Part shown: one piece after another, positions 13,511-28,615 of the stretch
Position numbering within the stretch: the stretch's first letter is position 1
Layout of the letters: every line of letters begins with the position of its first letter
Origin: Torpedo marmorata
Lineage: Eukaryota
DNA length: 64,000 nucleotides
Direction: 5' to 3'
NCBI GenBank assembly: GCA_977017645.1
Contig: OZ360219.1
Span: 7,936,001 to 8,000,000, forward strand
Translations under genes and position numbers: made by a program
Notes under the pieces: model-generated
Databases searched by the model: none
Told to the model about the DNA's origin: nothing
The model's input: the letters and a program-made list of their open reading frames with translations, nothing else

Positions 13511-16500
13511 GTTAAAAGTAGTTGACGTCCTTCAGACAATGGGGCTTGACCCGGGAAATTTCTAAAGAGTCGCTGTGAACTTGTTGGGTCCATCAACTAA
13601 TATTTAGTCCACAGGTATAAAGTGATATCGTCCCAAATTACATCACCTTTTGAACCCGTGAGGCGGTACACGAACAACACTCTTTAAGATACACGCAACT
13701 TTAAACTGAGATTGAATACGGAAATCTTGCAAGTTAATATGTGTCTAAAGTGCATGCCTGTACACGGCTTTATATTTTAGGTATCTAAATGGGCACTACA
13801 AATGCTTCCCTCATTCTGTAGCTGTAAAATGCTTTCCGGTGCTTTAAATACAATCTCTTTCGCAAAATGCTCGCCTGCATTCTACACTAATGTTAAATTA
13901 CATCGCGCCCCCGTAGACGTGATTTAGAACAGTGTATAAATTGGACACATTTCAAGAAATGGCCGAACGTCCACGTTCATCATCTTAAAATCAACATGTT
14001 GTAACCTGATGGATCAATTACTTCATGAAATTTCTCTATTAGAACCGATCCTACTTTTCTTGTATTTCGTCTCTTTAAAAATCTTGCAAGGTTCATGTAT
14101 ACGAGGACCAACCCGTGTACGACGGCAACGTTCTATCTATGAATGTAATGACAGTGGACAATGACTCTCGAATTGCACTGTTTCTAGTTCAGCTCTTTCA
14201 CAGACACTGTGCTGTATTTAATTCACGGGACAGAGAAACACATGTTCAACAAATGAGTTGCGCGAATACATTCCACACTGACGAATTGAAATGAAGAGTG
14301 GTTTTGCCTCAAGTTCACAACACCTGAAAGAACTGGTAAATTCCGTAAGTGAAAATTAATTTTCCCCAAAAACATTGCAATGAACTGAAATCTAAGTGTG
14401 ACAAAAAAAGTCAACTCTAAAGTTTCTTAATTGTATGTTTTGCACAAATGGACAAAAGTATTTGAGGTCAGATCATTTTATTCGTCAAATGAAGGATATA
14501 TTTGAGTTAAAATCAACGCCCACATGTCTCCTAAATCAATAACAATTAAAACTTATTAACGTTGGAATTAAATTTGATCTCCTTTTTGTTGCTCTCAAAT
14601 TCGAGCGTAATTATTTTATTAATTTTAATAGTCAAAGGCACTCGAATTCAAGAGAGCAAGGAGAATCCGAGATTAACGTGGCAAAGAAGTCCCTTGCCAT
14701 GTTATCGAAAGATTCTCGGTCTGAGGACTGGTTGATTTCCTTTTGGGTCATTTCAGGACCACAGAAAGGAAATGCGTACTTCGTGTCAGTACTGAATGAT
14801 CATTTGGGAATTAAATGACATTCAATAAAAGAACTGATAGAACCCATTTAAAGCCCATTAAAAAGACTTAAGCAAATTAGAGTATTATCAGATTGAAAGC
14901 CACTATAAATTTAAGGGTGATTTTTGCTCCAATGCTCGCGCAGTTCTGCAGGGGAGAATATTTGCTAAATCTTAGGGACAGGCGCTCTTTTAAACCAGCT
15001 AATGAAGAATGTTCATTAATGAAAGACTTCTCGGTTAGCTGTGTGGCGGGATGATGGGGGGGGGGGGGGTGGTGGTAAGAATTTATTGCTGGGCTTTCTG
15101 TGGTTGTCGTTTTTGATGTAGATTTTGGTGAACTAGTAAAATTTTGGTGAGATGCTGAGAGATGGAAGTATCGGAACGTCCGTGTCACAACAATCCCTTT
15201 ATTGTTATATCCTCTCCTATATTCACGAGTCTGGTTAATCGGGCAGAAAGCGTCCCCACTTTGTTTTATAGCAGGCGCAAACATGTTTTGCTTGTTGAAT
15301 CAAAGCTATTTAAAGAACCACTGTTGGACCAAATCCATTTTAAGATAGCGCCGTTGTATTTATTTTGCTCGCAGCTCTTGCCTCCTCAAATTTTAAATAA
15401 TTACAGCAACGTGAGAATCCATTATTGGGCTTCTGTTGAAGCACTCAAATGAGAGGAAGTTTCTGCGTGCATTTAAGATCATCAGAATAAAACACGTTAA
15501 AACACAAAACATGATGAACAGAGTTCAATATATTAATTTTATTTCATAATTACTTTTTAGGCACCTGTATTTTAAGTTAAAGTTAACACGATGTTGTTTA
15601 TTTAACGCATTTAATACTTTCCTTCTCCGACGAATACTTCACTCTCATCAAATTGTACGGAATCGCAAATATTATTTAACCGTGAAGATCGCAAATTGAA
15701 AATAAAGGGGACTGGGAAATATTTGAAAGACAACCCCAATATACGTTGAACGAGAACGCATGGTAGTCTAATCAGTAACCCAGCACTGTTAAGGGTTGCA
15801 CGAGAAGCGTTAATTTACCTTCATCCTTCAGATGCTAGATAATCTGGTGAACGTTTCCCATGTTCTTGTTATTTAACAAAAGCGCCTACTCGTTTTTATA
15901 ATTTTCTACACATTAAATCACGCCAGTTAACAAGAATAATGACATTACTTCAATATCAACATCCTCCAGCAACACATACAAAAAAAACAAGCTTCAACTT
16001 TAACGCTAACTCCGGGGTGGGGGGGGGAACAATAATTTGAGTTGTATCTATACATTTCCTTAATTTCGCAATTGAAATGAGATGACGGGATGTGAGAACA
16101 TTAAGAAAGGATTAAACTTTCAAATATAAATCGTGTGTGTGAACATGTATAATTTGTCATGAAATTGCCTGAAATTTTTAATTAAAATACAAATTTCAAC
16201 GAGATGCGTATTTTTCCCAAAGTATTGAACCCTAAAGGTTATTCCATCTTTATTGATCTAACCAATCAATGTCATGCCGCATAATAAATATAAATCGATA
16301 CACTGGCAATGGGACTATTGAAGTGTCCCATTCGTATTATATGAAGCTTTTTGTTTGTCGTCAAACTCTCAAAACGTGTTTTATCCCCAAGGAAAAACTA
16401 CCTGTCTCCCCATTAAATGAAATATTTTTACTGGGAAAATCAACCAATTTATGCCGAACAAGTTTAAAACCACAAAAAGTGATCAAGCAGCGGGAAGCAT

Positions 16501-16819
16501 AAACAATTTGCCACCATCACATCATAAAAAATACATAATCCATGACTTTGGAAAAAAAAGAATATAATCATAACCAGCAATTTTAAACTTCGATAAATGC
16601 AGTGATATTATACCATCAATAAACCTTAAATATGGTTCTGTTTAATTTTTTAAAAAGCTAAGTTCAAAATGCACAGTATTGAAATTACAATGGAAATGTG
16701 CATTATTTTGCTGTGAATTACAAGTGTGTAGTTTTACTCCTGTCGTTTGCCATCACTGAGTGAGACATCGCTCAAGGTGCATTCTGGGGCTCAGACTCTC
16801 CTTCTCCCTTCTGCACCGG

Positions 16820-17402
16820 GCACGTCAGAAACGCAAAAAGGGGCGGGTCTTGAGTCGCGCGATTTTGATTGGTTTGGTGACGTCCAGGCATTCGAATGGA
16901 ATCCCGCCCTTTCCTTCTTTCCACGGGCCAGGGAAGCATGTCAATCTGCGTGAGTGACAGGGAGAAGGGGGAGGCCGGTGGGGAGGAGGATCACTGTGAG
17001 GTTAGCAGAGGCGGCTCCTCTCTTAAAGCCACTGGTGAACAGGGAGCGCGTTTGCGGCAGGAGCAGCGGCAACCTGAGGATCCTTATCTGCAGTTACCTA
17101 TCCCTGTCACTCGGACGCACACACACACACACACACTATCAACCCGGAATAATTCATTCACTGTAAATTCATTGCTTCTCCTCTGTGACATTTTTTATTC
17201 AATTGTTGCACTGGCTGTGTAATGAAGACAGCAGCTCGAAAGCGATCTTAGAAGAAGAGTTGACGGTTTGTGCACTGCAGCTCCTGGATCACCCCACCCC
17301 CTGATCATTCATCCCCCGTTCGTCTTCCTTATTATAAGGTGGGCTGCGAGGAAACTTAACCCTCTTTGGAAACGACGACCGGCAGCTTTTATCTGTTTAC
17401 AG
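16820..17402 (+). promoter_or_regulatory. pitx2: pitx2c intronic promoter and 5' UTR
   Basis: GC box GGGGCGGG 16840-16847, inverted CCAAT 16868-16872, TGACGT 16878-16883, GC-rich, directly upstream of the Pitx2c ATG. Pitx2c is known to use its own intronic promoter. Confidence 0.65.
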
Positions 17403-17586
17403 ATGAACAGTGCAAAAGATCCATTGGCTTTGGATCACCTGAGAAATATCAACAGCGGCAATAAACTAGCACGGGATCAGACAGCTTTAACGATGGCTTC
17501 GGGTTTGCAAGCTGTACGAACAAGCGAGCCCAAGCACCGGCTCGAGGTCCACACTTTATCGGACACCTCCAGCCCTGACACCGGAG
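17403..17586 (+). CDS. pitx2: Pitx2c-specific first coding exon, MNSAKDPLALDH...KHRLEVHTLSDTSSPDTG
   Basis: Carries the Pitx2c motif KHRLEVHT(I/L)SDTSSP; donor G|GTAAG at 17587; phase 1. Joined to 18203-18408 and 20305-20868 it gives 954 nt = 317 aa plus stop. Confidence 0.95.
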
Positions 17587-18186
17587 GTAAGGCCTTTTCC
17601 ACCCGAATGACACCGCATCGATTTCGCTCCCGTAGGACATTATGCCACTTCCTCACTTAATGACATAACTTATTGCGCCTTGAAATATAAATGTAAAGCG
17701 CTTTGGCATCAACCACCATTTTATCAATCATTTCATAAGGGATTATACACACGGGCTTATATTTGTATAAATATGTGCAATGAAATATGTGATGTACCAT
17801 TTGTCAAATATTAAAAATACTGGATAATGCATTCATTATTACAATCTATCTTGGGTCGACTTATACTTTTTTCGTGTAAGGGAAGGTGTTTGACATAAGA
17901 CAACGATTTGGCCAGTGTGTTTCATTGACAAATAAAACGTTGATACACATGCATCGCTTATCACAAAATATTATATTATTCAAATGTGCAAATAAAATCT
18001 ATGAAAAATCCAAACTAAGTTGTTGTCGTTCAAAGTTAAGTAAACCCCTTAATCCTGAGATACCGGTGGAGAAATCCGCGATATGGCTGGAGTTAGGGAG
18101 CTCTCAGATATGGAGAATCTTATTCCTATCGTCGTAAGTGGAACGAATTGTTTGAAGCGGTTGCGAAATCACTGCTCATTATGTGA

Positions 18187-18414
<228 letters not shown>

Positions 18415-18799
18415 TAATATTCAGACCGCCCACGTTCAATTCACATAACAACCAGAAGGAAAATGTCAATAATTGTTACGTCCTCAATAAATTTTAAAGT
18501 CGAGTTCTGAATAAAACACATTAAACGAAAGTGTAAGTTTTTAAAACCTATTGGAATATTTACAGTTGGCGAAATAGACTGCCAATGGCTTGTCACGATT
18601 ATATTGCTGTGCATTTTTAAGACATCCATTAATAAATAAACGATTATCCGCCGTGTAAAATAATCCAACATTATGTCCCTCCTAAATAAATGTGCACTGC
18701 TGATTTCACTCTGACATACAGTACGACTTGCTAAGTACAGTTTAACGTTAGGCTGCCAGTGTAGGACACCAGTTGTGTAAACAATGCTGTGTAACAGGC

Positions 18800-18900
18800 C
18801 ATTGTGATATTTGTCTGAGTTCACATCCCAATACACAAATGTCCCTGCGTCTCGAGAAGGAGACGTCTCCTTCTGCTGCTGAATGTGGATTCGGAGAACT
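18800..18900. promoter_or_regulatory. Likely Pitx2 asymmetric (left-side, Nodal-responsive) enhancer ASE
   Basis: Lies in the last intron, the known ASE position. FoxH1 sites AATACACA 18830-18837 and TGTGGATT 18884-18891; Smad boxes GTCT/AGAC including AGACGTCT 18861-18868. Confidence 0.7.
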
Positions 18901-19069
18901 AAGGGAAAGGAAGAGGATTTGCCTTGAGGTTGGCATGGTTCAGAAAGATTCGCAGCCCCACCATTAACTGTCAATTTATTTAGATGGATCGTTTAGAAGT
19001 ATGTGAAGGCTATTCGCTAGCATCTCCCTGAACTTTACAAATGCATGTGTTCACGTGAGAAATGATTGG

Positions 19070-19220
19070 AACCATAAGAACCTTAGAACACCACAGCACA
19101 GAAACCGGCCATTCAGCCCTTCTAGGCTGTGCCGAACTATTTTTCTACCTAGTTCCACTGACGTGAACCCGGGCCATAACCCTCCCCTTCATGTACCTGT
19201 ACATTTTTTTCTTAAATGTC
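19070..19220 (-). mobile_element. CR1-type LINE 3'-end fragment in the last intron
   Basis: cacagcacagaaaccggccattcagcccttctag... matches the similar tails at 34803 and 52430. Confidence 0.65.
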
Positions 19221-20304
19221 AACTTTCAAGTGAAATCTGCATTTTATGTATTCGACTCCAAAAGAGGTAACTCATTTCGCAATTCTGTGGGTGAAATGAT
19301 TACCATACAACATCTTGGTATTTTATGTTTATAAATAACGCTTTGAGCAGTGGACTAATGGTTTCCAATGCATCCACCCATTTACCTTTTATTCCGATTT
19401 TGAATACCTCCGCCAAACATTACTATCTTTTCCATTAGTCTTGAATTTCCGAACTAACTAAGGCTCCCCTCAACACCTAGCGAATGGAAATTTGACATTT
19501 TGCTCATATATCAGGTCCTGTTATTTACGTGGTGGGTCTGAATTATTAAACTACTATACCTTCCCGATGACAAACAACGTGAGGATGTCTTTGGTTCACA
19601 ACATTCAAACACAATTACTGGCGCAGTCACAGTTAGATGTTTATGTAAACATATTTGTTGGATTCAACTTAATTTATCTCCCAATCATATTTTCAAAATG
19701 TTGCTTATCGATATCAAACATAAACAATATCAGAAGTAAAGTGCAGTAACTAATTTTCTCCAAAATATGAATTTGTAGCTTTTATAGCCGCCCTTCGTGA
19801 TTCTTGCCTTTTCCTTTTGTGCACCTGTTGGGAATTGTTACTAAATCTCTAGGTTTTTGGAGTGATTCAGAATTAAATATCTCGAACAGATGCTCAGTAG
19901 TTGCCTAAGGATTTAGTTGAATATCATACTGAAGTCTGTGATGTCATTTGTTCATTCGGAATTATTCCATTAACATTAACAGTACGGTTTATGATTTTAC
20001 ATGCATTATATTTCTTAGTTAGTCCTGTGGTGAAAGTATAATAAAATTATCGATTACCTCTTTCCATGTCCGTAATACCAAAGTATAAGGTTTCTTCCGC
20101 GAATGATAACAAACACATGAACGAATCCATCTGAATGGTTTATTTAGCCCCCAAACGCTGGGCCGTTTCATGTGAATTTTATCCTGTTTTTGTGAAATCT
20201 TGGCAGCATTTAGATCTGTGCTGATGAACCTTTTGTTTTCGTACTGTGGCGTGTTTCTGAAAACAAGACTTTGTTGTTCTTCCCACCCCACCCCCCGCTT
20301 CTAG

Positions 20305-20868
<564 letters not shown>

Positions 20869-21290
20869 GAAATAAGATGAACCTTCTCAGACTGATGAAC
20901 TCCAAGAAATAATTTAAAATATAATGGGCACTAAAAAAAGCCACTGAACCTGAATAACTAAACCCACAGAGCTGACTTTCTAATTGAAGGGAAAGGCACA
21001 AGTGTTATTTCTCCCCTTGACTCCCCGTTTGAAAATATTTTTCATCAGATAAAGGGACGTTTGACCATTAAAAGAAACACTCTAATTAGTTGACTGGATA
21101 TCACTTTTATTAATACCATATAAGCTTGTTATTTTAAAGTTCGGCATTGTTATAATAAAAGAAATGTTTGGCGGAACGAATGTGTATATATCGAAATGTC
21201 AAATTAATTTTATAAAAGCAATTGTTAGTAATATCACGCCAGTGTTTTTGAAGTTACATAACAATAAAGCATGTCACGTGGAAGCTTGAA
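20869..21290 (+). other. pitx2: pitx2 3' UTR with poly(A) signals
   Basis: AATAAA at 21154-21159 and 21263-21268. The block tatatcgaaatgtcaaattaattttataaaagc resembles the mammalian PITX2 3' UTR as I recall it. Confidence 0.65.
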
Positions 21291-23769
21291 GGTTTATTTC
21301 CGCTTAAAAGCAAGGGAATGTATATACTAACTGCAACACTTGTATGTTTCTAACACTGTCTATTATTACTAATTATAATTATTATTAAAAGTCTGTGTGG
21401 ATATCAGTTTTAAGACTAGTACCTCCGATTGTAAGATTAAGTGATGTTCCGGGGGCGGAAAAAAAAATGTACAACTTATCCTGTATATAAAATTGGCTAC
21501 GGCATTATGTGTTTCTTTTCCAAGAAGTCACAAAAAAAAATGAAGCATTGTGCGTTCCTGGGACGAAAAATATACCATAAAACCATTTTGTCTGATTGGG
21601 TTGTTTTTATATTGAAGTGCTTAGTGAATAGAAACTTAAATCTAAAAATAACATGCTGTACCAAACATAAACAAAAACATTTTCCATCCACCTCAGACGT
21701 CATAACCTTCTCACATGAAACCCTTACACGAACACATGTATCTTATTACCGACACTGGTGTACTCGAACGCATCAAAATTGATTGCAGTTATAATTCAGG
21801 TTTCAAGGAACTTTAATATTCTTTAAAGAAACAAAACCGTCGAAGAGAAAATAGTTTCCTCATCAAACTGCCGGCGGGAAATATTTTCTTAAGAATATGC
21901 TTGTGCTCTTAAGCAAATGAAATAAACCAATACATTCCGACAAATGGCTGATATGAATTAAAGGTTAAATTCGATTATCAGAGTCATGAGGTCGTTAACC
22001 CCAAAAGCATATGTTCACGCAGCTTAATTTCTGAATGCACTGGATACGTTTGGATCATGACGCCTTTGAGACCATGGCGGGTGAAAAGGCATTCATTTTC
22101 CAGGATCACGAGTTCAAAGGCCATATTACATTTTTCGATGACTTTATTAGATCTATGTTACCTTATTAAAGGTCAGGCGCTTTGTGTTTGGTTATTAATA
22201 ATGTTGATCTAGCATTCTCCTGTGCGAGTCCTGTTTGCACATTAAATCATACCGGATTATGGCGTGTAGGGTCCATAATGAGAGTGCAAATGAAGATAAA
22301 TTATACAGTAGTATAGCAATCACATGATCTTCTTGGGATGACGAGGGTCTGCATGCGAAGCAAAAAAATATTTTAAATACAGCACGAATATTCAGAACAC
22401 GTATGGAAGCGCTTCCAGTTGATTTCTTAATATCAGGTAGGAAAATATGTTGAATAAAACAACTTTACAACATGAAAAACATTGTTTCAAAGTTTGCATT
22501 AAATTAGGAATCTCACATTGGTACTATGAATGTTATGATGCATCAATTATGGCCGAGATCAAAGGTGTTTTTAACGCATGGTGAGCGATTGGATGTGGGG
22601 GCAAAGAACAGACTCGATTAAAATCGCTTTCAGTTTAGTTTACATCTAGTCCTGACATAGTTTTAAATACTGCTGTTCAAACTCCCAGGAATCCTTTAAA
22701 AATATCAACTTGCACTTCGTTATGAGGTATATTCAGTATTAAAGAAATTGCTAACCGAAGCCGGGTAATTACGGTTCTGCTTCAGCTTCAGTCGCTTAAT
22801 AAGTATGTACGTATATAACTCAACACCCAGACTAAAATGGCAGTTCAGCAGGAGCTGCAAACCATAGTGCTCCAAGTCTTAAATGCTCAAAGGTCTGTAA
22901 GGGAAGTTTCATAAAGAAAAAGAGCAAACTTGGCAACATTCTCTCCTCTTGGATAAATTTATTATTTTTTTTAAATGCAATGAAGTAGATTGGACAAATG
23001 TTTGAAAACAAGCGAGGAAAGTTTAGAATATTGTTTCTATTTTTGGCGCCACGTTGCCCTGCCAGTTTACGTCGGTCAGTGAAAGGCGTACGTTGAAGTC
23101 GAATGGAGATCGTTGTGGGACTATTTAAGGCTTTCGTTGTAAGTAACCCCAATTCCGTTCGCAGATTTACACTGGTCACGAGAGATTTGTATATCTTCCT
23201 GAAAATAAACCAATGCAATTCAAACGTACGCTTCAAACTCTTGGGCAATGTGGGGTAAAACAGGACTGTCCCCCCACCCCCAACAGCACACACACCTTTT
23301 CTTTCCGGACGTGCTCACAATTTTGATTTAATATGTAGCAGCTCATTCATGCAAACATTATTCTTGTATGTTTAACGTCTTAAAGAGACTGCTTCTTTTT
23401 ATTAAGTGTGACAAAACAAAATCCGCCTTTCCCTTTCGATTTACAGCGTTTACAAATTGAACTTATTTTTTTCTTTTTCCAAATTAGACGCACGTTGAAG
23501 TCAATCTTCTGTAGTTTTTTTTTGTTGTTCCCGTTTACCCTGGCTGGAATAAATTTCAAAGAGGAAGAATGCAGAGATTACGCTACCGTAGTGCTTCACG
23601 TTTTCTTCCCGCTGGCGTCCAGACATTTGATCGAACACTGTTACTGTCGTTTTCTTTCTCTTCCCTCTTTCTCAGAGCACATCAGTTTGCCATGTCGAAT
23701 ATCCTGAAATGAGTCCTCTCTTGTGGAGGTGGCGGAGAGGCGAGTTGGAAAAGCCACTTTCCAGTGAAG

Positions 23770-23925
23770 ACCGTCTCAGTAGGGAACGAACAATGGTGTC
23801 TGGGTTTGGGGTCCCAATCCACATCCTAATACACATCGAGACCATCTGTGTTTCTAGCCCTGTCTCATTTAGCACGTTGCCGTCGACCGGCTGCGTGCAG
23901 GGTTGAACAAACAGCAAACAGCACT
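23770..23925. promoter_or_regulatory. Candidate downstream FoxH1/Smad enhancer
   Basis: Tandem AATCCACA 23816-23823 and AATACACA 23828-23835, several GTCT/AGAC boxes, Sox-like AACAATGG, forkhead-like AAACAGCAAACA. Confidence 0.55.
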
Positions 23926-26900
23926 GAGAGAGTTTAAGGACAAGTAAGTGTCTTCGGTTTCAGTACGGGTTATTTATAAAAATAAAACGGACTCTAAACT
24001 TTGATTGATTAAAAATAATGCTGGATAACACCGATCATTTCATTATCAACGTAATGATCTCAGTTGTGGATTTAATGTTGTTACCGGAGGGGATATTTAC
24101 AAGGCTTCTACCTGTAGGTAAGAAATGAGAGAATAGTTGCAATCTGTTGTGTGCTCCTCCGTGCAGTGCAGACTTTCAGAGCCATACGTGTTTTTTGTCT
24201 GTTTCTTCATTATTATGTTGCAGCAATTATTCTCTATACACAGAAAACTGCCGTGGTATGTAAATCCCGTTCCTCTGCCAATATTGCATTTTCCAGGAAA
24301 GAGATGAAAAAGGATACGGATTTAATTTATATGTAAGCTTCCAGAAATGGCCAGATGACAAGTTGAGTCACTCGCCACCTCACTAACTATAGGATAACCT
24401 TTATTTGTTCAGATAAAGGGACAAAGGGATTCTTTGAAATTATATATAATGGTTCTTCGGGTGAGGTCGACACAGTGTTGGTTCACCATTATGTCTCTGA
24501 ATTGCTCTAAAGGTTCAACAAATATTATTGAGGGTGGTTAGTATCCCACGCGAGAAATTTTGTTTTGATCTATTTATAGGAAGGAAAAATTGGCTGATGG
24601 TGAACGCAGTTAACACGAAGGTCAACTTTGTTCTTGGCTCAATAGACAGCCAGTGACCTCTCGAAACATTTGCTAGTGGGGTCTAATTAGGAAAATTTGA
24701 TCGAAGGGTTTAATTTCTTGCTATTCCTCCTGTAAATCGAGTAAGCGGGAATGCGTCAGTCAGCCGCTTTGGTTCCAGCCCTTTTTCCGTGACAATACCC
24801 CGCAGCTTTTCGGAGTTTTCTCGGACCATAGAATTGGAACTCTGGACAAAGTGAAAGTAAGAACAATTGGTTAAGGCGCGCGCACACGCGAAATCAACAG
24901 CCCGGAAAGTACACGGAATATAATCTAAAACTCTTCACACAGGTCTTGCTAAAAAAAAACAGATTCGTGTAGGCGCTTCTTGGGCGCTGAGTTGTGGAAT
25001 TGTTCATGATTATATTTGTGTTAAACTGACCTAAAGAATGTTAGGAGATTAATTCTACATTTAACAAACTTTTTTTTCAGAGCCCTTGGTGTAATTGAAA
25101 CGTGTGCGATTTTGTTTCTGTGATAGGTGAACAAAGTAACATGGAATGGGCAGGCAGGGTTTGTCAGTCAGGTCGGATTACGCTCTGGGGAATCTTGGGT
25201 GAAGAAGCCACAACGACAGCACGTGCAGCTGTTTGGCAGGAACCTCGTTTCACTATCTTTCATATTACATTTCACGGAAGCATTGGTGGCGGGCGTCAGA
25301 ACGACGAACATTCGACGTTTACATGTCTTGTTTATTGACTCCTTGTCTCATAATTTAAAGGGTTGGGTTAAAAGGCTACGGTTGTTAATTAACATTGACC
25401 CGAGTCTGAGCAAACTCCTGGGGTTCCCTAACTGCATAAACCAAGAGGCAAATCTTTAGCGACATGCTCCATTAGGGAGCAATTTACCCTTGCAATCCCG
25501 TATTTGATTTACACGAGCCTATGCTTACTTGCTGTTTGCAGAAATAAGCAGATGACATTTCTTTTGTTGTATTTCCTTTGTTAACAGATATATGTGTGTT
25601 TGTATTACAGGCGGCCGTCCGGCGCTGAATGCTTTGGAGATACAGTAATATTCTTTGGATGTTGTAGACTCAAAGCAGAACCTGCAAGGTTTACATAAAT
25701 AACGTAATAAATATTTACAACCCTAATGTCTGAAGGAATAGTTTACTTTTGATTCCGTGAAGGGTTAAAGTAGGCCGATTATGGCCTGACCAAGTTGGAA
25801 TAAATGTAAACGTTTTCTTAAATGATGGAAGTTTAACAGATTTAGCAGAGGTCAAAACAATTTATCCCAGAAACTAATTGTGGCAGATTAATGAGAGGTG
25901 CTCGGGATGAAGAGAAAGACTCTGAAATAACACAATTTACGTTTTTAAGGTGAAAAGTCCTTGCGAATTGACGTCAGGTGAATGAGCACTTGAGTCATTT
26001 TGGAGCCCAAATCTTTTTAGAATGTGAGCTCGGTTCTCCTTTGCTATTTGCTTTGACTAACAAGTATTATAGTCGCATATTAATTATCGGTGTTCGCCTT
26101 GCAAAGGGACACTTGAGTGTTAGTGCTCGTGGAAATCCCAGACCCGAAGTGGGAAGTGGATAAGTATAGTTTAAGTTACAATCGCAACCTTTAAGAGAAG
26201 GAAAGGTTTGGGAGTGGAATTACATTCTCTTGCGCAGATGCTCCTGACCATGGCAGTTAAATAATATGCGTGGCTAAACCATGTTTTCTTCCCATCTACA
26301 CACCATGAACAGTCTTATTTTAAAATTCAGTTCACACGCTTCAATGCGCCGAACGGTAACCGTACGATTTTAAAACCGGAATTACATCTATATAATAGTA
26401 ACCACCTATTTATAAGTACAGAATAAAAATTTGTAAAGTTTTAAACAAGTAAAAACTTGCCGGAGTCGTAAATCAGTAAAAAGAACCAGAAGGGAAATAG
26501 GTGACAGCTTCGAGTCTCTGCGGTCCGCTGGAGTTCACGGAGCAGGTTATATCAGGAGCTGTTATCAAATGACTTTATTGCCGTGTTACCGTGTAGGGTG
26601 GGTGGAGTTAGTCAATCGACGTAGGCGTCTACTGTAGCCGGAGCAATGAAATACCTTTTTCAGATATACATTGTATCGCTGCGTTAAAAAAGAGTTTATG
26701 TAGTTTGCAACTAAAACTGTAATCTGATCGCCAGCAAAATGTTACTCCAACCAGGCAGGTCTTATTTTTTTAACGGTAGAACCCACCTGGAGCACACAAT
26801 GTACCGAAAATGAGCGTTTCTATTACTTTTCTGATTCACCCATTGATGAATCGTGGACTCCACTTGATTAAACTGGTTGGATGTGATTGTGGTTGTTTTA

Positions 26901-28189
26901 GGCATGTTCGGGTAAAACAGAAAGACACGCAAAACCAAGTTAACCCATTCAGTCATGATTTTTAAAAAAAAACACGTTTCCTCTGTACGAAGATAGAGGC
27001 GTACTTAAGGCTCTTAATTTATGAAAACAGACTTCAACTGTATTTTTTATTGAGTCGGTGGGATTAGATTTATAAAGTTAACGGAGAACATAAAACGCGG
27101 GATTCAGTTCATACATGGACATTGCTTCTCCTTAGCCGCACTACTGGTACATCATTAGCCACCCAATTGTTTTGTATATGTGTGTAAATTTTAGGATGAA
27201 CAACAAAGTAAGCTTTTGCAGTATAATGCTCGCCTTTAATAAAACTACTACAATCCCAGTCTTTGCATGTTCCAAGGCTGAAACAATATAGAACCGACTT
27301 CATATGTTTGAAATATTTTGTACATAGCAACTATTATTTACTGTATATGCGACAAGATTAAATGAGATTACTGCAACATACAAGAATGGGTACTATTAAA
27401 AAGGATATGACTTTCTAATAGAGGCGCACGCTTAAGAGTTAATAATTGAACTGCGATAAATAACGAATATAATAGATCGATATTTAAGTACAATATAGTC
27501 ATAACTAATAACTTTCATTTCCAGATGGAAATTAACGCGTTTAACTTATGAAATATAAACAACAGCAATGTATATTAATGGCCGAGCCGGAGATGTTTTT
27601 CGAGCAATTTCGCCGTTTTAAACACGGGTGCTTACAACTTGAATATCTTGCATGCGCGCGGACGATTTGATTATACTTCTTGGGAGGTAAATTATTTTTA
27701 ATACTGTATATCAGGTTCTAGGTGTTCAGCGAAGCCATGAGGGATAAATTTCCTGCGTAGAATAAAATATTTGCTTGAAAAGAAATGAGACTCTTGGAAG
27801 TGTTCGGTAAATTATGTAGTTTTCTGATGACATTCAACAAAACTAGGGGAAATAACATTAGGGAGAATCTCAATTACCAACCATTTGTGATTGCACTGGC
27901 GTTCGCTTTTCTGCTCGGAAATCTGAGTGAACCGACGGGAGCAATCTTAGCGGCCACAATGAAATCTCTGTAATAATTAGAGACGGAGTCTTCATCATGT
28001 TCAAATGACAGCGTGATCTTGTTGCTACCTCTGTTTTGGCAATATATTTTGTGCAACAAATTTCTTTAAAGTGTGGTAGCTTCAAACGAAATTAATTATC
28101 GTTTGAATGAAAGCATTTTTTTGAATAATGCTCTAATCTTTATAATTAATACCCTCTGACGCAAACTCATGGCAAAACAAAGTTCTTGT

Positions 28190-28410
28190 CAGACACTGAA
28201 GAGTAACCATATTCTATGATTAATCCTATTTTATCCTCCCCACATTACCGTCAACTTCCCCCAGATTCTGCCACTTACCAGCCCACAAGAGCCCATTTAT
28301 GGTGATCAATTAATTAAAACGCTCTGCGATGAGGAAATAAATCGGATAACAGACACACTCCACACTGATGGCACCTGGATCAGGATTGAACCCAAGTTGC
28401 TGAGGTTGCA
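28190..28410 (-). mobile_element. Decayed tRNA-derived SINE (V-SINE/HE1-like)
   Basis: B-box-like GGTTCAATCC on the minus strand near 28383-28392, plus an acactccacac core segment. Confidence 0.5.
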
Positions 28411-28469
28411 GTTTATACGACTGTGAATACGCAGGTTCACACGCAGTTCTGAAAATACATGTACATAGA

Positions 28470-28615
28470 GCCAAAAACACAAATGCTGGAGAACTCAGCA
28501 GGTCAAACAGTGTCTTTTATGTAGCAAAGGTAGAAATACATAACTGACGTTTCGGGCTTGAGCCCTTCTTCAAAGTATGAGAAAATGCCGGCAGGCGTCC
28601 GAACAAAGGAGTGAG
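28470..28615. mobile_element. Short Penelope-derived element
   Basis: cacaaatgctggagaactcagcaggtc...gacgtttcgggcttgagcccttc, a recurring motif also seen at 29415, 42585, 52697 and 60655. Confidence 0.6.
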
